Shown here: one piece after another, positions 8,921-17,880 of the stretch | Layout of the letters: the number at the start of each line of letters is the position of its first letter | Position numbering within the stretch: position 1 is the stretch's first letter | From: an uncultured Saprospirales bacterium | GTDB lineage: Bacteria > Bacteroidota > Bacteroidia > Chitinophagales > Saprospiraceae | DNA: 42,244 bases | NCBI GenBank assembly: GCA_937864265.1 | Contig: CALMIR010000029.1 | Coordinates: 1 to 42,244 of the forward strand | Direction of reading: 5' to 3' | Position numbers and translations under genes: made by a program | The notes under the pieces: generated by a model | What the model was told of the DNA's origin: nothing | The model's input: only the letters and a program-made list of their open reading frames with translations | The model's database searches: none

Positions 8921-11900
8921 ATGCAAAACCCCAGCCTTGACGGTGGTACCTACGAAATCATTCGCAATCGCCTGCACCAACAGGCCGCATCACTGAGCGA
9001 GCGCCTGACCCGACTCAACCAGGAGCGGAAGGCTGTTTTCGGTGCCATCGAAACCAAGCTCATCGCTGCCGATCGCATCAAAACGGGCAATTACTGTCTG
9101 GCTCGCGATATTGTGGCCATTGGCAACCGCTGCCTTTTTGGTTACAACGTTCACATCGGGCTGCGTTCTGGTATTCAGCTCAGCGACGTGTTCAGCATCT
9201 ATGAATTCCGGGAGCAGCGCTTTCAGGAAAGCACGCTGGATATGCTGTCGAATGAGCAATTCCAGATCGATTTTCAAAACCTGTACCGCTACTACAAAGA
9301 AGCCTACTTCGCCCGTTTTTCCATCCGCGATGCCTATTTGTACATGGTATTTCGCCTAAAACCCGGCGGCGAAGACATCAAAACCTTTAAATGGCTCATC
9401 GCCGATGCCGGCCTGCAATACATCGACAACCGCTCCGACCATGAAGTGCGCTTCCCCAACCAATACGAATTCCAGTGGCGGCGGGCTTCCCGCGACCACC
9501 ACCGGATGGGTAAACACCCCCACGTATCGGTACTGGATCGGGTGTTTGTGGAAACGGTAGGCGGCGACCTGACCATTAAGGTAGAAGACAATACCGATGA
9601 CGGACGCGGCATCTACCGAGAAAGTGTCGAGCACCGCGATCAAACCCTGGACGATGCCGAATACCAATACGCCGATTTGGGCAACCTCATCGCACTGAAG
9701 ATCAAACCCTATCAGGAGGCCGAGCGCTATTTTATTTTTAATGAAAAATTGCAGGAAGTCAGGCGGGTGGACAGCCTGGCCGATTCCGGCGTTTTGTTGC
9801 CCGACGGGCACGGACTTATTTTTGCCAATGGCTATTACCTCCAAACTGGCGAATACAAAATATTTGAAACCGATGTAAAAGGCAAGCGTTTCAAAAAGCG
9901 CATCAGTTCTCCGAATGGGGAGGATTACCTCTACGCTTTTTACGACGACAACGACGGCGTTTTTGTGCTGTTGCACTACAACCTCATTTCCCAAAGCGTA
10001 CAAACGCCTATCATTTGCAATGGCTTTACCCTTTTTCCGAAAGGGGAGCTTTGTTATTTCAAAAGGGAAGCGGAGCCGACCAAGCATCACGCCATGCAGA
10101 TATGGCAAACTCCTTTTCTGACGGGCGAATCCTTGCCCTCGGAGCATTCTGATTCCTATCTGTACAAGGTGGGAAACAAAGACATCGTCCGAGCGATGGC
10201 CGAATGCCAGGAGATCATTACCCTGGCCAATAAAGAAGACAATTACGCCAATTTGTACGACGATCTGGTGCGCCGCTGTACCGATGCCATTGATGGGTAT
10301 TATTGGATCGCCCAAGCGGAGGCTTTTCGATTGGATGAACCCCTGCGGCAGTTGCGCGAAACAGCCAATGCAGCCATAGATGAATTTGCCAAAAAACGGC
10401 GCATCGAACGCGAATCAAAAGCCGCACTGACCCAAACCCGGGAAAAGGCCGAAGCGCTATTTGACAAAATCAAACGTCAGTCTTTCGACAGCATCGACTT
10501 GTTGGTGCACGCCTTGGGCGATTTGCGCCTGCTGCGCGGCGAAATCATCGGCCTAAAAGCGCTTCAATATACCGATGAAAAGCTCATTGCCGAACTGGAA
10601 ACAAAAGCGGAGGAGTTTTCGAGCCGCTTGTCGGAAGATAGCGTGCGTTTTTTGCTGGAACCAGAAGCGCTGGCGCCCTACACCCAACGCATAGATGCCC
10701 TGGAAGCCCAATTGCCAGAAGCGCGGACAGTGGTACAGGGAAACGGACTGGAGCAGGCGCTGGATGAAACCGGCAAAGAATTGGAATTGCTGATTGAAGT
10801 GGTCAGCAACCTGAAAATAGAAGACGCCACCCAGACCACCGTCATCATTGACCGCATATCCGACTTGTATGGGCGACTCAACCAGGTTCGCACAGCCCTG
10901 CGCCGACAGATACAAGATTTGCGCCGGGTGGAATCGGCGGCAGAATTCAGCGCCCAACTCAAATTGCTGGATCAGAGCATCATCAACTTCCTGAGCTTGT
11001 CTGATACGCCTGCCCGCTGCGACGAATACCTGACCAAGCTGATGGTGCAACTGGAGGAATTGGAGGGGAAATTTGCCGAGGTCAATGAGTTCATTACGCA
11101 GGTAGCCGAAAAGCGGGAAGCCATTTTTACCGCCTTTGAAGCCCGCAAAAACGAACTGGTCGAAGCCCGGAACAACCGGACTACCGCCCTGCAACAGGCT
11201 GCCGACCGCATTCTGGAAGGCATGCAGCGCCGCGTGAGCAATTTCAAAGAGGTCAATGAAATCAATAGCTTTTTTGCTGCCGACCTGCTCATTGACAAGG
11301 TGCGCGACATCGTGCGCCGCTTGGAGGAGCTAGAGGATACCACCAAAGCCGGGCAGATACAAGCCCGCATGAAAGCTTTGCAGGAAGAGGCCATCCGCCA
11401 ATTGCGGGACAAAAAGGAACTGTTTGAAGCAGGCAGCAACTTGATTCGCCTGGGGCGCCACCGCTTTGCAGTAAACGTGCAAGCCCTGGAGCTGACCACC
11501 GTTCGCAAAGGCGACGAACTGCAGTTGCACCTGACGGGTACGCAGTTTTATCAAACCATTTCAGATACAGCCTTGCTGAGTGCGAAACCTTTTTGGGATC
11601 AGGTGTTGGTTTCGGAAAATGCGCAGGTTTATCGGGCAGAATATCTGGCTTACGATTTTTTTTACAATTCGGGTAAAGAGACCCTGCCAAGTGATCAAAA
11701 AGCCCTTCAGGAACTGGTAACCCGCCATGCCGTGACCCGCTATCGGGAAGGTTACACGAAGGGGGTTCACGATGAAGATGCTGCCCGCATCATCAGCGGT
11801 TTGCAAGAAATGGCCGCTGGTATTGGGATGTTGCATTTTGCCCCTCCAATACGGGCTATGGCGCGCCTGTGGTGGTCGGCATTTTGCGAAAGCGGACAAC

Positions 11901-13774
11901 GACAACTCCTCCAACAGCAATTGAGCAGTGCCGGCATTATGCTGCGTATTTTTCCTAAAACCACGGAGTTTGAGTATTTGGTCGATGAGTTGGCGCAAGG
12001 ACTTCGGGATTTTGCCGATTACTCAGGGCTTTTCCCCGCAGCTTGGGCCGCCAAATCCGCTGTTTATTTATTTCAGGAAATGAGCGCTGGATCGTTGTTT
12101 TCCATCAGTCAGGAAGCGGTACAGCTCAGCGCTTCTTTTGAAAAAAACCTGAAAGCCAAAAAGGCACAAACCCTTTTCAAAGATTCTGTGGCTGCGCTGG
12201 ACGATCAGCCCCTGGCCCGCTATCGCCTCATCAGGCGCTGGGTGCAAGCTTTCCTGGAGGAAATTGGCTTGGAAAAAGAAGCTTTCCTGGATGAAACAGC
12301 CTGCCGCATGGCACTCGACAAGCCAGCAGAAGAACAGGTGGTTTCTGCCATTACCCGGAAGACCATTGATGGGATGCGGGGTGAGCACCCTGTCATTAAA
12401 GACGGCATTTACGTGCTGGATTACCACCAGTTTAGCGATAAGCTGAGCCATTACCGGCAGCATATTCAACCGGGCTTTCTGGCCTATCAGGATGCCAAGC
12501 GCAGTCTGGCGGAGCAACACCGCAAAGCCCTGCACTTGGAAGAATTCCGGCCCAAGGTACTGACTTCTTTTGTGCGCAATCGCCTGATTGATCAGGTATA
12601 TCTGCCGCTTTTTGGCGACAACCTGGCTAAGCAAATTGGCACGGCAGGCGAAGCTACCCGGACGGATCGGATGGGCTTGTTGCTCTTGCTCTCTCCGCCG
12701 GGCTATGGCAAAACCACCCTGATGGAGTATGTGGCCAGCCAATTGGGCTTGGTATTTGTGAAAGTCAATGGCCCGGCTTTGGGGCATCGAACGCACTCGC
12801 TGGCGCCGGAAGATGCGCCCACCTTGGCGGCCCGCCGCGAGTTGGAACGCCTCAACCTGGCCTTGGAAATGGGCGATAATGTGATGCTGTACGTGGATGA
12901 CATTCAGCACTGCGATGCCGAGTTTTTGCAAAAATTCATCTCGCTTTGCGATGGACAGCGCAAGATTGAAGGCGTTTTCAATGGAGAGGCGCGCACCTAC
13001 GACCTGCGTGGCCGCCGCTTTTGTGTGGTGATGGCCGGCAACCCTTATACGGAGAGCGGCACCCGCTTCCAGATACCGGATATGTTGGCCAACCGAGCGG
13101 ATGTGTATAACCTAGGCGATATCATCGGCGGTCAGGCGGATGTATTCCAACTCAGCTATATCGAGAATGCCCTTACGGCAAATGGGGTATTGCGCCAATT
13201 GGCCAATCGCAGTATGAAGGATGTGTATGCCTTGCTGCGCGTGGTCGAGTCGGGCAATCGGGAGGGATTGAATTTGGAAGGGAACCACGCCCCGGAAGAT
13301 ATGGCGGCTTACCAATCGGTGCTGGCCAAGTTCTTGCGCGTACGCGATGTGATTCTAAAAGTGAATAAGGCCTATATCCAATCGGCGGCTATGGAAGATG
13401 ATTACCGCAGCGAACCGGCTTTCAAACTACAAGGCTCTTACCGCGATATGAACAAACTGGCCGAGCGCATCGAGCCGATCTTGAACGATTCGGAATTGGA
13501 AACCCTCCTGCTGGGGCATTACGAAAATGAAGCGCAAACGCTGACGGGACATGCGGAAGCCAATTTGCTCAAGCTGAAAGAACTGCTGGGAACGCTCTCC
13601 CATGAAGAAGCCACCCGCTGGGCCGACATCAAACGCACTTTCCAAAAGAATAAGATGCTGCGCGGCACAAATGGAGAAAATCCGGTGGCTCAGGTCGTCG
13701 CTCAACTGGATCAGTTCAATGAGGGCTTGTCGAAAATCCGGGAGGCGATTGAGGGCAGCAGGAAAGGAGGCTGA
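8921..13774 (+). CDS. Giant (1617 aa) multidomain protein with coiled-coil middle region and C-terminal Lon/HCLR-clade-like AAA+ ATPase module
   Basis: Uninterrupted 4.85-kb GC-rich ORF. Walker A LLLLSPPGYGKTTLMEY and Walker B MLYVDDIQH. The ATPase segment's overall spacing resembles the Lon AAA+ module. The N-terminal ~1200 aa were not recognised. Residues ~440-800 are heptad-rich and coiled-coil-like. Confidence 0.8.
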   Translation: MQNPSLDGGTYEIIRNRLHQQAASLSERLTRLNQERKAVFGAIETKLIAADRIKTGNYCLARDIVAIGNRCLFGYNVHIGLRSGIQLSDVFSIYEFREQRFQESTLDMLSNEQFQIDFQNLYRYYKEAYFARFSIRDAYLYMVFRLKPGGEDIKTFKWLIADAGLQYIDNRSDHEVRFPNQYEFQWRRASRDHHRMGKHPHVSVLDRVFVETVGGDLTIKVEDNTDDGRGIYRESVEHRDQTLDDAEYQYADLGNLIALKIKPYQEAERYFIFNEKLQEVRRVDSLADSGVLLPDGHGLIFANGYYLQTGEYKIFETDVKGKRFKKRISSPNGEDYLYAFYDDNDGVFVLLHYNLISQSVQTPIICNGFTLFPKGELCYFKREAEPTKHHAMQIWQTPFLTGESLPSEHSDSYLYKVGNKDIVRAMAECQEIITLANKEDNYANLYDDLVRRCTDAIDGYYWIAQAEAFRLDEPLRQLRETANAAIDEFAKKRRIERESKAALTQTREKAEALFDKIKRQSFDSIDLLVHALGDLRLLRGEIIGLKALQYTDEKLIAELETKAEEFSSRLSEDSVRFLLEPEALAPYTQRIDALEAQLPEARTVVQGNGLEQALDETGKELELLIEVVSNLKIEDATQTTVIIDRISDLYGRLNQVRTALRRQIQDLRRVESAAEFSAQLKLLDQSIINFLSLSDTPARCDEYLTKLMVQLEELEGKFAEVNEFITQVAEKREAIFTAFEARKNELVEARNNRTTALQQAADRILEGMQRRVSNFKEVNEINSFFAADLLIDKVRDIVRRLEELEDTTKAGQIQARMKALQEEAIRQLRDKKELFEAGSNLIRLGRHRFAVNVQALELTTVRKGDELQLHLTGTQFYQTISDTALLSAKPFWDQVLVSENAQVYRAEYLAYDFFYNSGKETLPSDQKALQELVTRHAVTRYREGYTKGVHDEDAARIISGLQEMAAGIGMLHFAPPIRAMARLWWSAFCESGQRQLLQQQLSSAGIMLRIFPKTTEFEYLVDELAQGLRDFADYSGLFPAAWAAKSAVYLFQEMSAGSLFSISQEAVQLSASFEKNLKAKKAQTLFKDSVAALDDQPLARYRLIRRWVQAFLEEIGLEKEAFLDETACRMALDKPAEEQVVSAITRKTIDGMRGEHPVIKDGIYVLDYHQFSDKLSHYRQHIQPGFLAYQDAKRSLAEQHRKALHLEEFRPKVLTSFVRNRLIDQVYLPLFGDNLAKQIGTAGEATRTDRMGLLLLLSPPGYGKTTLMEYVASQLGLVFVKVNGPALGHRTHSLAPEDAPTLAARRELERLNLALEMGDNVMLYVDDIQHCDAEFLQKFISLCDGQRKIEGVFNGEARTYDLRGRRFCVVMAGNPYTESGTRFQIPDMLANRADVYNLGDIIGGQADVFQLSYIENALTANGVLRQLANRSMKDVYALLRVVESGNREGLNLEGNHAPEDMAAYQSVLAKFLRVRDVILKVNKAYIQSAAMEDDYRSEPAFKLQGSYRDMNKLAERIEPILNDSELETLLLGHYENEAQTLTGHAEANLLKLKELLGTLSHEEATRWADIKRTFQKNKMLRGTNGENPVAQVVAQLDQFNEGLSKIREAIEGSRKGG

Positions 13775-13837
13775 GTAGTTTTTGCATTTTTTTGTAACGG
13801 AAGTGGCTGGATAGTTACACTTAAAACCCTTTTTGCG

Positions 13838-13866
13838 TTGAAAGTATTATTTTTTTGCAAAAAAGT
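13838..13866. promoter_or_regulatory. Near-perfect AT-rich palindrome (tattatttttttgc / gcaaaaaagtaata) immediately upstream of the 13890 gene; candidate operator
   Basis: Inverted repeat seen directly, with one mismatch. A TAnnTTTG-type box (tacctttg, ~13877-13884) lies between it and the ATG. Confidence 0.3.
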
Positions 13867-13889
13867 AATAAAATTGATACCTTTGTGTC

Positions 13890-14258
13890 ATGAAATGGTA
13901 TGAAAATCTACCGCTTGATTGCCCACCCCAAGAAGCAAGTACCCCAAATGGTGCTTACTTTCGTTTAGGAAGTATTCCGCCCGATGAAAGCGACTTTTGG
14001 TCGCACAGACGGCGGTTTCCACATAAAAAATTTCACGTCGACGAATGCATCGCACGATCATTATCCATTTTTGATGCTCAAGATTCGGCTGAACGACTGA
14101 AACAGTTGTTGCCTGCTATGCGATCAAAGCCTGTTTTTCAGTTAGATTTGTTTGAAAAAGACGGTTTAGTCCAACGGACAGGTAACGATTTGCATCATTT
14201 TTCATGGTGGCGAAGTACAGATTTTGACTTAGCAACCATTAAAATTTTAGAACTATGA
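13890..14258 (+). CDS. Hypothetical 122-aa protein (first gene of inserted two-gene cassette; possible toxin-like partner)
   Basis: ORF with intermediate GC. Its stop overlaps the next start by 4 bp (ATGA). Contains an Rx5H string (RTGNDLHH) reminiscent of, but not diagnostic for, a HEPN motif. No recognisable family. Confidence 0.5.
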   Translation: MKWYENLPLDCPPQEASTPNGAYFRLGSIPPDESDFWSHRRRFPHKKFHVDECIARSLSIFDAQDSAERLKQLLPAMRSKPVFQLDLFEKDGLVQRTGNDLHHFSWWRSTDFDLATIKILEL

Positions 14259-14773
14259 ATTTCTCGCTTAGCATTCAGGAAACCCTAATTTGGCACGATT
14301 ACCCGCAGTTGTTCGTGGCAAAAGACAAAATCGGAGGTCTCCAATTGTGTCTTGCCATTGACGATACACCTCAATACCTGTCAGTGGCTATATCAAGTAC
14401 CCGATTGCAAGATTTGAAATTGGGTAAAATTGACCTCCATAGCGTTTTTGCCACACCCGAACTCGGAGTATGGTTTCGGGTAAAACTAACCGACACCGAT
14501 GAAATTATAGCCGAAATCATACCTTCTACAGAATCTATTCCCCCTGAATGGTTGCCTGTACCCAATGTATTTTTGCCCTACACCCCGCTTTTGCGCCCCG
14601 AAACCTTTGAAGTGGTAAAAGTCGGAGCAGTCGCCAAAGAGGCGGGGATGAACCCAACCTTGTTGCGCCAATATTTATCAGGCGTTAAACAACCTTCGCG
14701 CGAGCAGGCTTTGCGCGTACAAGATGCCCTGCACCGTGTAGCGAAAAGGTTGTTGGAGGTGCAGTTTGTTTGA
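14255..14773 (+). CDS. Hypothetical 172-aa protein with C-terminal XRE-like helix-turn-helix
   Basis: The C-terminal VAKEAGMNPTLLRQYLSGVKQPSREQALRVQDALHRVAKRL fits the XRE-family HTH pattern. Translationally coupled to the upstream gene. Confidence 0.55.
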   Translation: MNFSLSIQETLIWHDYPQLFVAKDKIGGLQLCLAIDDTPQYLSVAISSTRLQDLKLGKIDLHSVFATPELGVWFRVKLTDTDEIIAEIIPSTESIPPEWLPVPNVFLPYTPLLRPETFEVVKVGAVAKEAGMNPTLLRQYLSGVKQPSREQALRVQDALHRVAKRLLEVQFV

Positions 14774-14846
14774 TTTTCTCTTCCCACTGGATTTCGGCTT
14801 CGACGGGCGATAGCATCTGCAGGCAGGTGGATGTATTCCAACTCAG

Positions 14847-15047
14847 TTGTATGAACTATTGGGAAGGCTCTCCCATGAAGAAGCCGCCCGCTGGGCCGAC
14901 ATCAAACGCACCTTCCAAAAGAATGAGATGCTGCGCGGCACAAATGGAGAAAATCCGGTGGCTCAGGTCGTCGCTCAACTGGATCAGTTCAATGAGGGCT
15001 TGTCGAAAATCCGGGAGGCGATTGAGGGCAGCAGGAAAGGAGGCTGA
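14847..15047 (+). pseudogene. Decayed duplicate of the 3' end of the giant AAA+ gene (encodes its last ~62 aa nearly verbatim; TTG start only)
   Basis: The translation ELLGRLSHEEAARWADIKRTFQKNEMLRGTNGENPVAQVVAQLDQFNEGLSKIREAIEGSRKGG differs at three positions from the C-terminus of 8921..13774. An 18-mer 14829-14846 (ggatgtattccaactcag) matches 13140-13157 of the giant gene, so ~430 bp appear deleted in between. There is no ATG start. Confidence 0.65.
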
Positions 15048-15091
15048 GTAGTTTTTGCATTTTTTTGTAACGGAAGTGGCTGGATAGTTAC
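14864..15091. repeat. Direct repeat copy 2 of giant-gene 3' end plus 44 bp of downstream sequence (copy 1 about 13598..13818)
   Basis: ~225 bp near-identical to 13598..13818. The shared downstream sequence tgagtagtttttgcatttttttgtaacggaagtggctggatagttac follows both stop codons. The copies diverge immediately after gatagttac. Confidence 0.8.
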
Positions 15092-15159
15092 TAACGGGTT
15101 AAGTCTTTATGATGTTCCCCCAAAAAAAAGGTAATATGGATTCCTTGAATATAAAGGTG

Positions 15160-15936
15160 TCAAGCAAGTAAATCGGCTACTTGTTGGAGTTTAGCCTTTA
15201 ATGCCTCACTTTTAACTTTATCAATTTGCTCGATTAAAAAAGGTTGGAAAGACTGCCAATCCTTTTGTAATTGATGATAAGATGTAATCCTAAATAACCA
15301 ATGGGAAGATGTTGGAAAAATCGTATTACTTATTGCTTCGAATGCTGTTTTTTCAATAATTAGCAAATGCGCTACTAATTCTTCTACCTGGGCTTCTTGA
15401 TAATCCCCACTTTTCAATAAGGTTAAAACAAGTCCGAAAATAAAAAATGGAACTTCTTCTAAGTCTGTGCCATTTTCCGTTATTCTCCAAGCTAATAACT
15501 TACTTACGTGGTGTAACATTTTGGGGAGAATGTATTGCAAAGATTCACTTGACTGAATCAGCCGAATGATAGTACTATTCTCTCCCACACGATTTTGATA
15601 CCATTCATAAGGCACCATAAGCAAGATGGCACAAGAAAACGCAATAGCCAAATTATCCTGTTGCGCTTTTGTAAGCCATTTGTCGGTAGTTTGTTCAGGT
15701 TTTTGCCATCTAGTCAGTTCCACGACCTCTGAAAGTGCCCCGTCAAAATTCATGCTATGAATTTCTGAATGCTGCTTAATACGCCTTAATTCTTTCAAAT
15801 AAGCATCGGCATAAACGCCATAATCTGCCTGCGAGATCTTTTCAAGTATTTGGCCATTGACGTGTTTACAAAGATATTCGAGCAATTCTTGGGGCTGATT
15901 TTGAAAAGGTGCTAAGATCAAATGTAGGTCTTTCAT
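15160..15936 (-). CDS. Hypothetical protein (AT-rich orphan gene)
   Basis: 258-aa ORF on the minus strand with no recognisable motifs. Its low GC contrasts with the flanking GC-rich genes. Confidence 0.45.
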   Translation of the reverse strand: MKDLHLILAPFQNQPQELLEYLCKHVNGQILEKISQADYGVYADAYLKELRRIKQHSEIHSMNFDGALSEVVELTRWQKPEQTTDKWLTKAQQDNLAIAFSCAILLMVPYEWYQNRVGENSTIIRLIQSSESLQYILPKMLHHVSKLLAWRITENGTDLEEVPFFIFGLVLTLLKSGDYQEAQVEELVAHLLIIEKTAFEAISNTIFPTSSHWLFRITSYHQLQKDWQSFQPFLIEQIDKVKSEALKAKLQQVADLLA

Positions 15937-16162
15937 GTTGACAGTTTAGTGGTGAAATTACGAAATCAAGAGATAATGAGGTAGCAGCCTTTATTTTCTC
16001 ATGGTACTTGTCTGTGCAATTTGATATACACCCAAATCAAGTCCCGTAGGGATGCTGCGTGTTATACAATTTCCTCCAAAAATCTTACACCGCCCATTAT
16101 TTTTGATTACCTTTTGCCCCGAAAAACGCCCCTTGGCGTCGATTCTGTAAAAGCAACGTATT

Positions 16163-17869
16163 ATGCAGCTAAAAGAACCCGGGCAGGTATATGATGCCGT
16201 CATAGTAGGCTCCGGCGCAGGTGGAGGTATGACCGCCAAAATCCTGGCCGACAAAGGCTGGCGCATAGCCGTCATTGAAGCAGGCCCCTATTTTGATCCA
16301 GCCGACCCGGCTACCAAAACACAGATGCGCTGGCCCTGGGAAAGCCCCCGCCGCGGCGCTGGAACGGTGCGCCCTTTTGGCGATTTTGACATGGCCTACG
16401 GTGGCTGGGACATTGAGGGAGAACCCTACACCAATGCGGAAGGCTCCGATTTTCGCTGGTTCCGTTCCCGCATGCTCGGCGGGCGTACCAACCACTGGGG
16501 GCGCATATCGCTGCGTTTTGGTCCCAATGATTTCCATCGCAAAGACATAGACGGCCTAGGTGCCAATTGGCCCATCAGCTACGAGGACGTCAAGCCGTAT
16601 TACGACAAGGTGGACAAACTCATCGGCGTTTTCGGCACCAATGAAGGGCTACCCAATGACCCCGACGGTTTCTTCCTGCCGCCACCAAAACCGAGACTAC
16701 ACGAGTGGTATTACATCAAAGGTGCCAAAAAAAGCGGTGTTACGGTGATCCCCAGCCGCTTGTCCATCCTCACCAAAAAGCTGCATCCCGACCGCGGGGT
16801 TTGCTTCTATTGCCGCCAATGTGCCCGTTCTTGTATGGCATATGCCGACTTTAGTTCCGGCAGTTGCCTCATTTTTCCTGCACAAAAATCTGGCGGCCAA
16901 ATTGACCTTTTCGTGGAATGCATGGCCCGCGAAGTAGTCACGGACAGCAGCGGCAAGGCTACGGCGGTGAGCTATGTCAATAAAAAAGACCGCCGCGAAT
17001 ACCAGCTCAAAGGCAAAGTCATCATACTGGCAGCCTCTGCCTGCGAAACTTCCCGCATCCTGCTCAATTCCAAGAGCAGCATCCACCCCAACGGATTGGG
17101 CAATGGCAGCGGCGTAGTGGGGCACTACCTGCACGATAGCACGGGCAGCAGCATGAGCGGTTTTATTCCTGCCCTCATGGATCGCGACATCTATAATGAA
17201 GACGGTGTGGGCGGCCTGCATGTGTATTCGCCGTGGTGGGGAAACAACAAAAAACTCGATTTTCCACGGGGCTACCACATCGAAGTATGGGGCGGCATGG
17301 ATATGCCGGGTTATGGTTTCGGATGGGATCATGCTGTCGTTCAGCGCGCTATGGGCATGCGGCCCGGAGGCTATGGCAGTAGCCTAAAAGACGAGGTCAA
17401 GCGCTTCTATGGCGCATACGTAGGCATGTCAGGCAGGGGTGAAGCGGTGGCTCGCTACGAAAACTATTGCGAGATTGATCCTTTGAAAGTGGACGAATGG
17501 GGCATCCCTGTGCTGCGTTTCAACTACAAATGGTCGGATTATGAGAAGAGGCAGGCCCGCCACATGCAGCATACATTCGAGGAAATCCTCACCAACATGG
17601 GAGCCACCATCCTCAGCGAAAAAGGCACGGCTGCCAATGATTACGGCCTCAACAAGCCCGGTGAAATCATTCACGAGGTAGGTACAGCCCGCATGGGTAG
17701 CGACCCCCGCGACTCGGCTACCAATGCCTTCGGCAAGCTCCACGAGGTGCCCAACGTCTATATCACCGATGCGGCCACCTTCCCCAGCCAAGCCGACAAA
17801 AACCCCACCTGGACCATCATGGCGCTGGCCTGGCGAACGGCCGATCACCTTATTGCGGAATACAAATAA
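16163..17869 (+). CDS. GMC-family FAD-dependent oxidoreductase (gluconate 2-dehydrogenase flavoprotein-like)
   Basis: N-terminal Rossmann motif VIVGSGAGGGMTAKILADKGWRIAVIEAG and C-terminal GMC signatures (GTARMG, DAATFPS). GC-rich. Confidence 0.85.
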   Translation: MQLKEPGQVYDAVIVGSGAGGGMTAKILADKGWRIAVIEAGPYFDPADPATKTQMRWPWESPRRGAGTVRPFGDFDMAYGGWDIEGEPYTNAEGSDFRWFRSRMLGGRTNHWGRISLRFGPNDFHRKDIDGLGANWPISYEDVKPYYDKVDKLIGVFGTNEGLPNDPDGFFLPPPKPRLHEWYYIKGAKKSGVTVIPSRLSILTKKLHPDRGVCFYCRQCARSCMAYADFSSGSCLIFPAQKSGGQIDLFVECMAREVVTDSSGKATAVSYVNKKDRREYQLKGKVIILAASACETSRILLNSKSSIHPNGLGNGSGVVGHYLHDSTGSSMSGFIPALMDRDIYNEDGVGGLHVYSPWWGNNKKLDFPRGYHIEVWGGMDMPGYGFGWDHAVVQRAMGMRPGGYGSSLKDEVKRFYGAYVGMSGRGEAVARYENYCEIDPLKVDEWGIPVLRFNYKWSDYEKRQARHMQHTFEEILTNMGATILSEKGTAANDYGLNKPGEIIHEVGTARMGSDPRDSATNAFGKLHEVPNVYITDAATFPSQADKNPTWTIMALAWRTADHLIAEYK

Positions 17870-17880
17870 AGCAAGTACCC

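Noticed and set aside
7297-12931. Many long minus-strand ORFs (e.g. 7301..7987, 8096..8782, 9356..10315, 10553..11194, 10972..11508, 12068..12931) and same-strand alternative-frame ORFs (7026..7295, 9042..9359) inside the flotillin and giant genes
   Set aside because: They are antisense or off-frame ghosts, typical of GC-rich coding DNA. Their translations are low-complexity (F/G/A/S-rich) with no motifs, and they overlap well-supported plus-strand genes.
16099-16106. TAnnTTTG-type -7 box (tatttttg) upstream of the GMC oxidoreductase gene
   Set aside because: It is a plausible Bacteroidota promoter element. Similar 8-mers are frequent in AT-rich spacers, however, and the -33 element and spacing could not be verified. 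Not reported as a feature.
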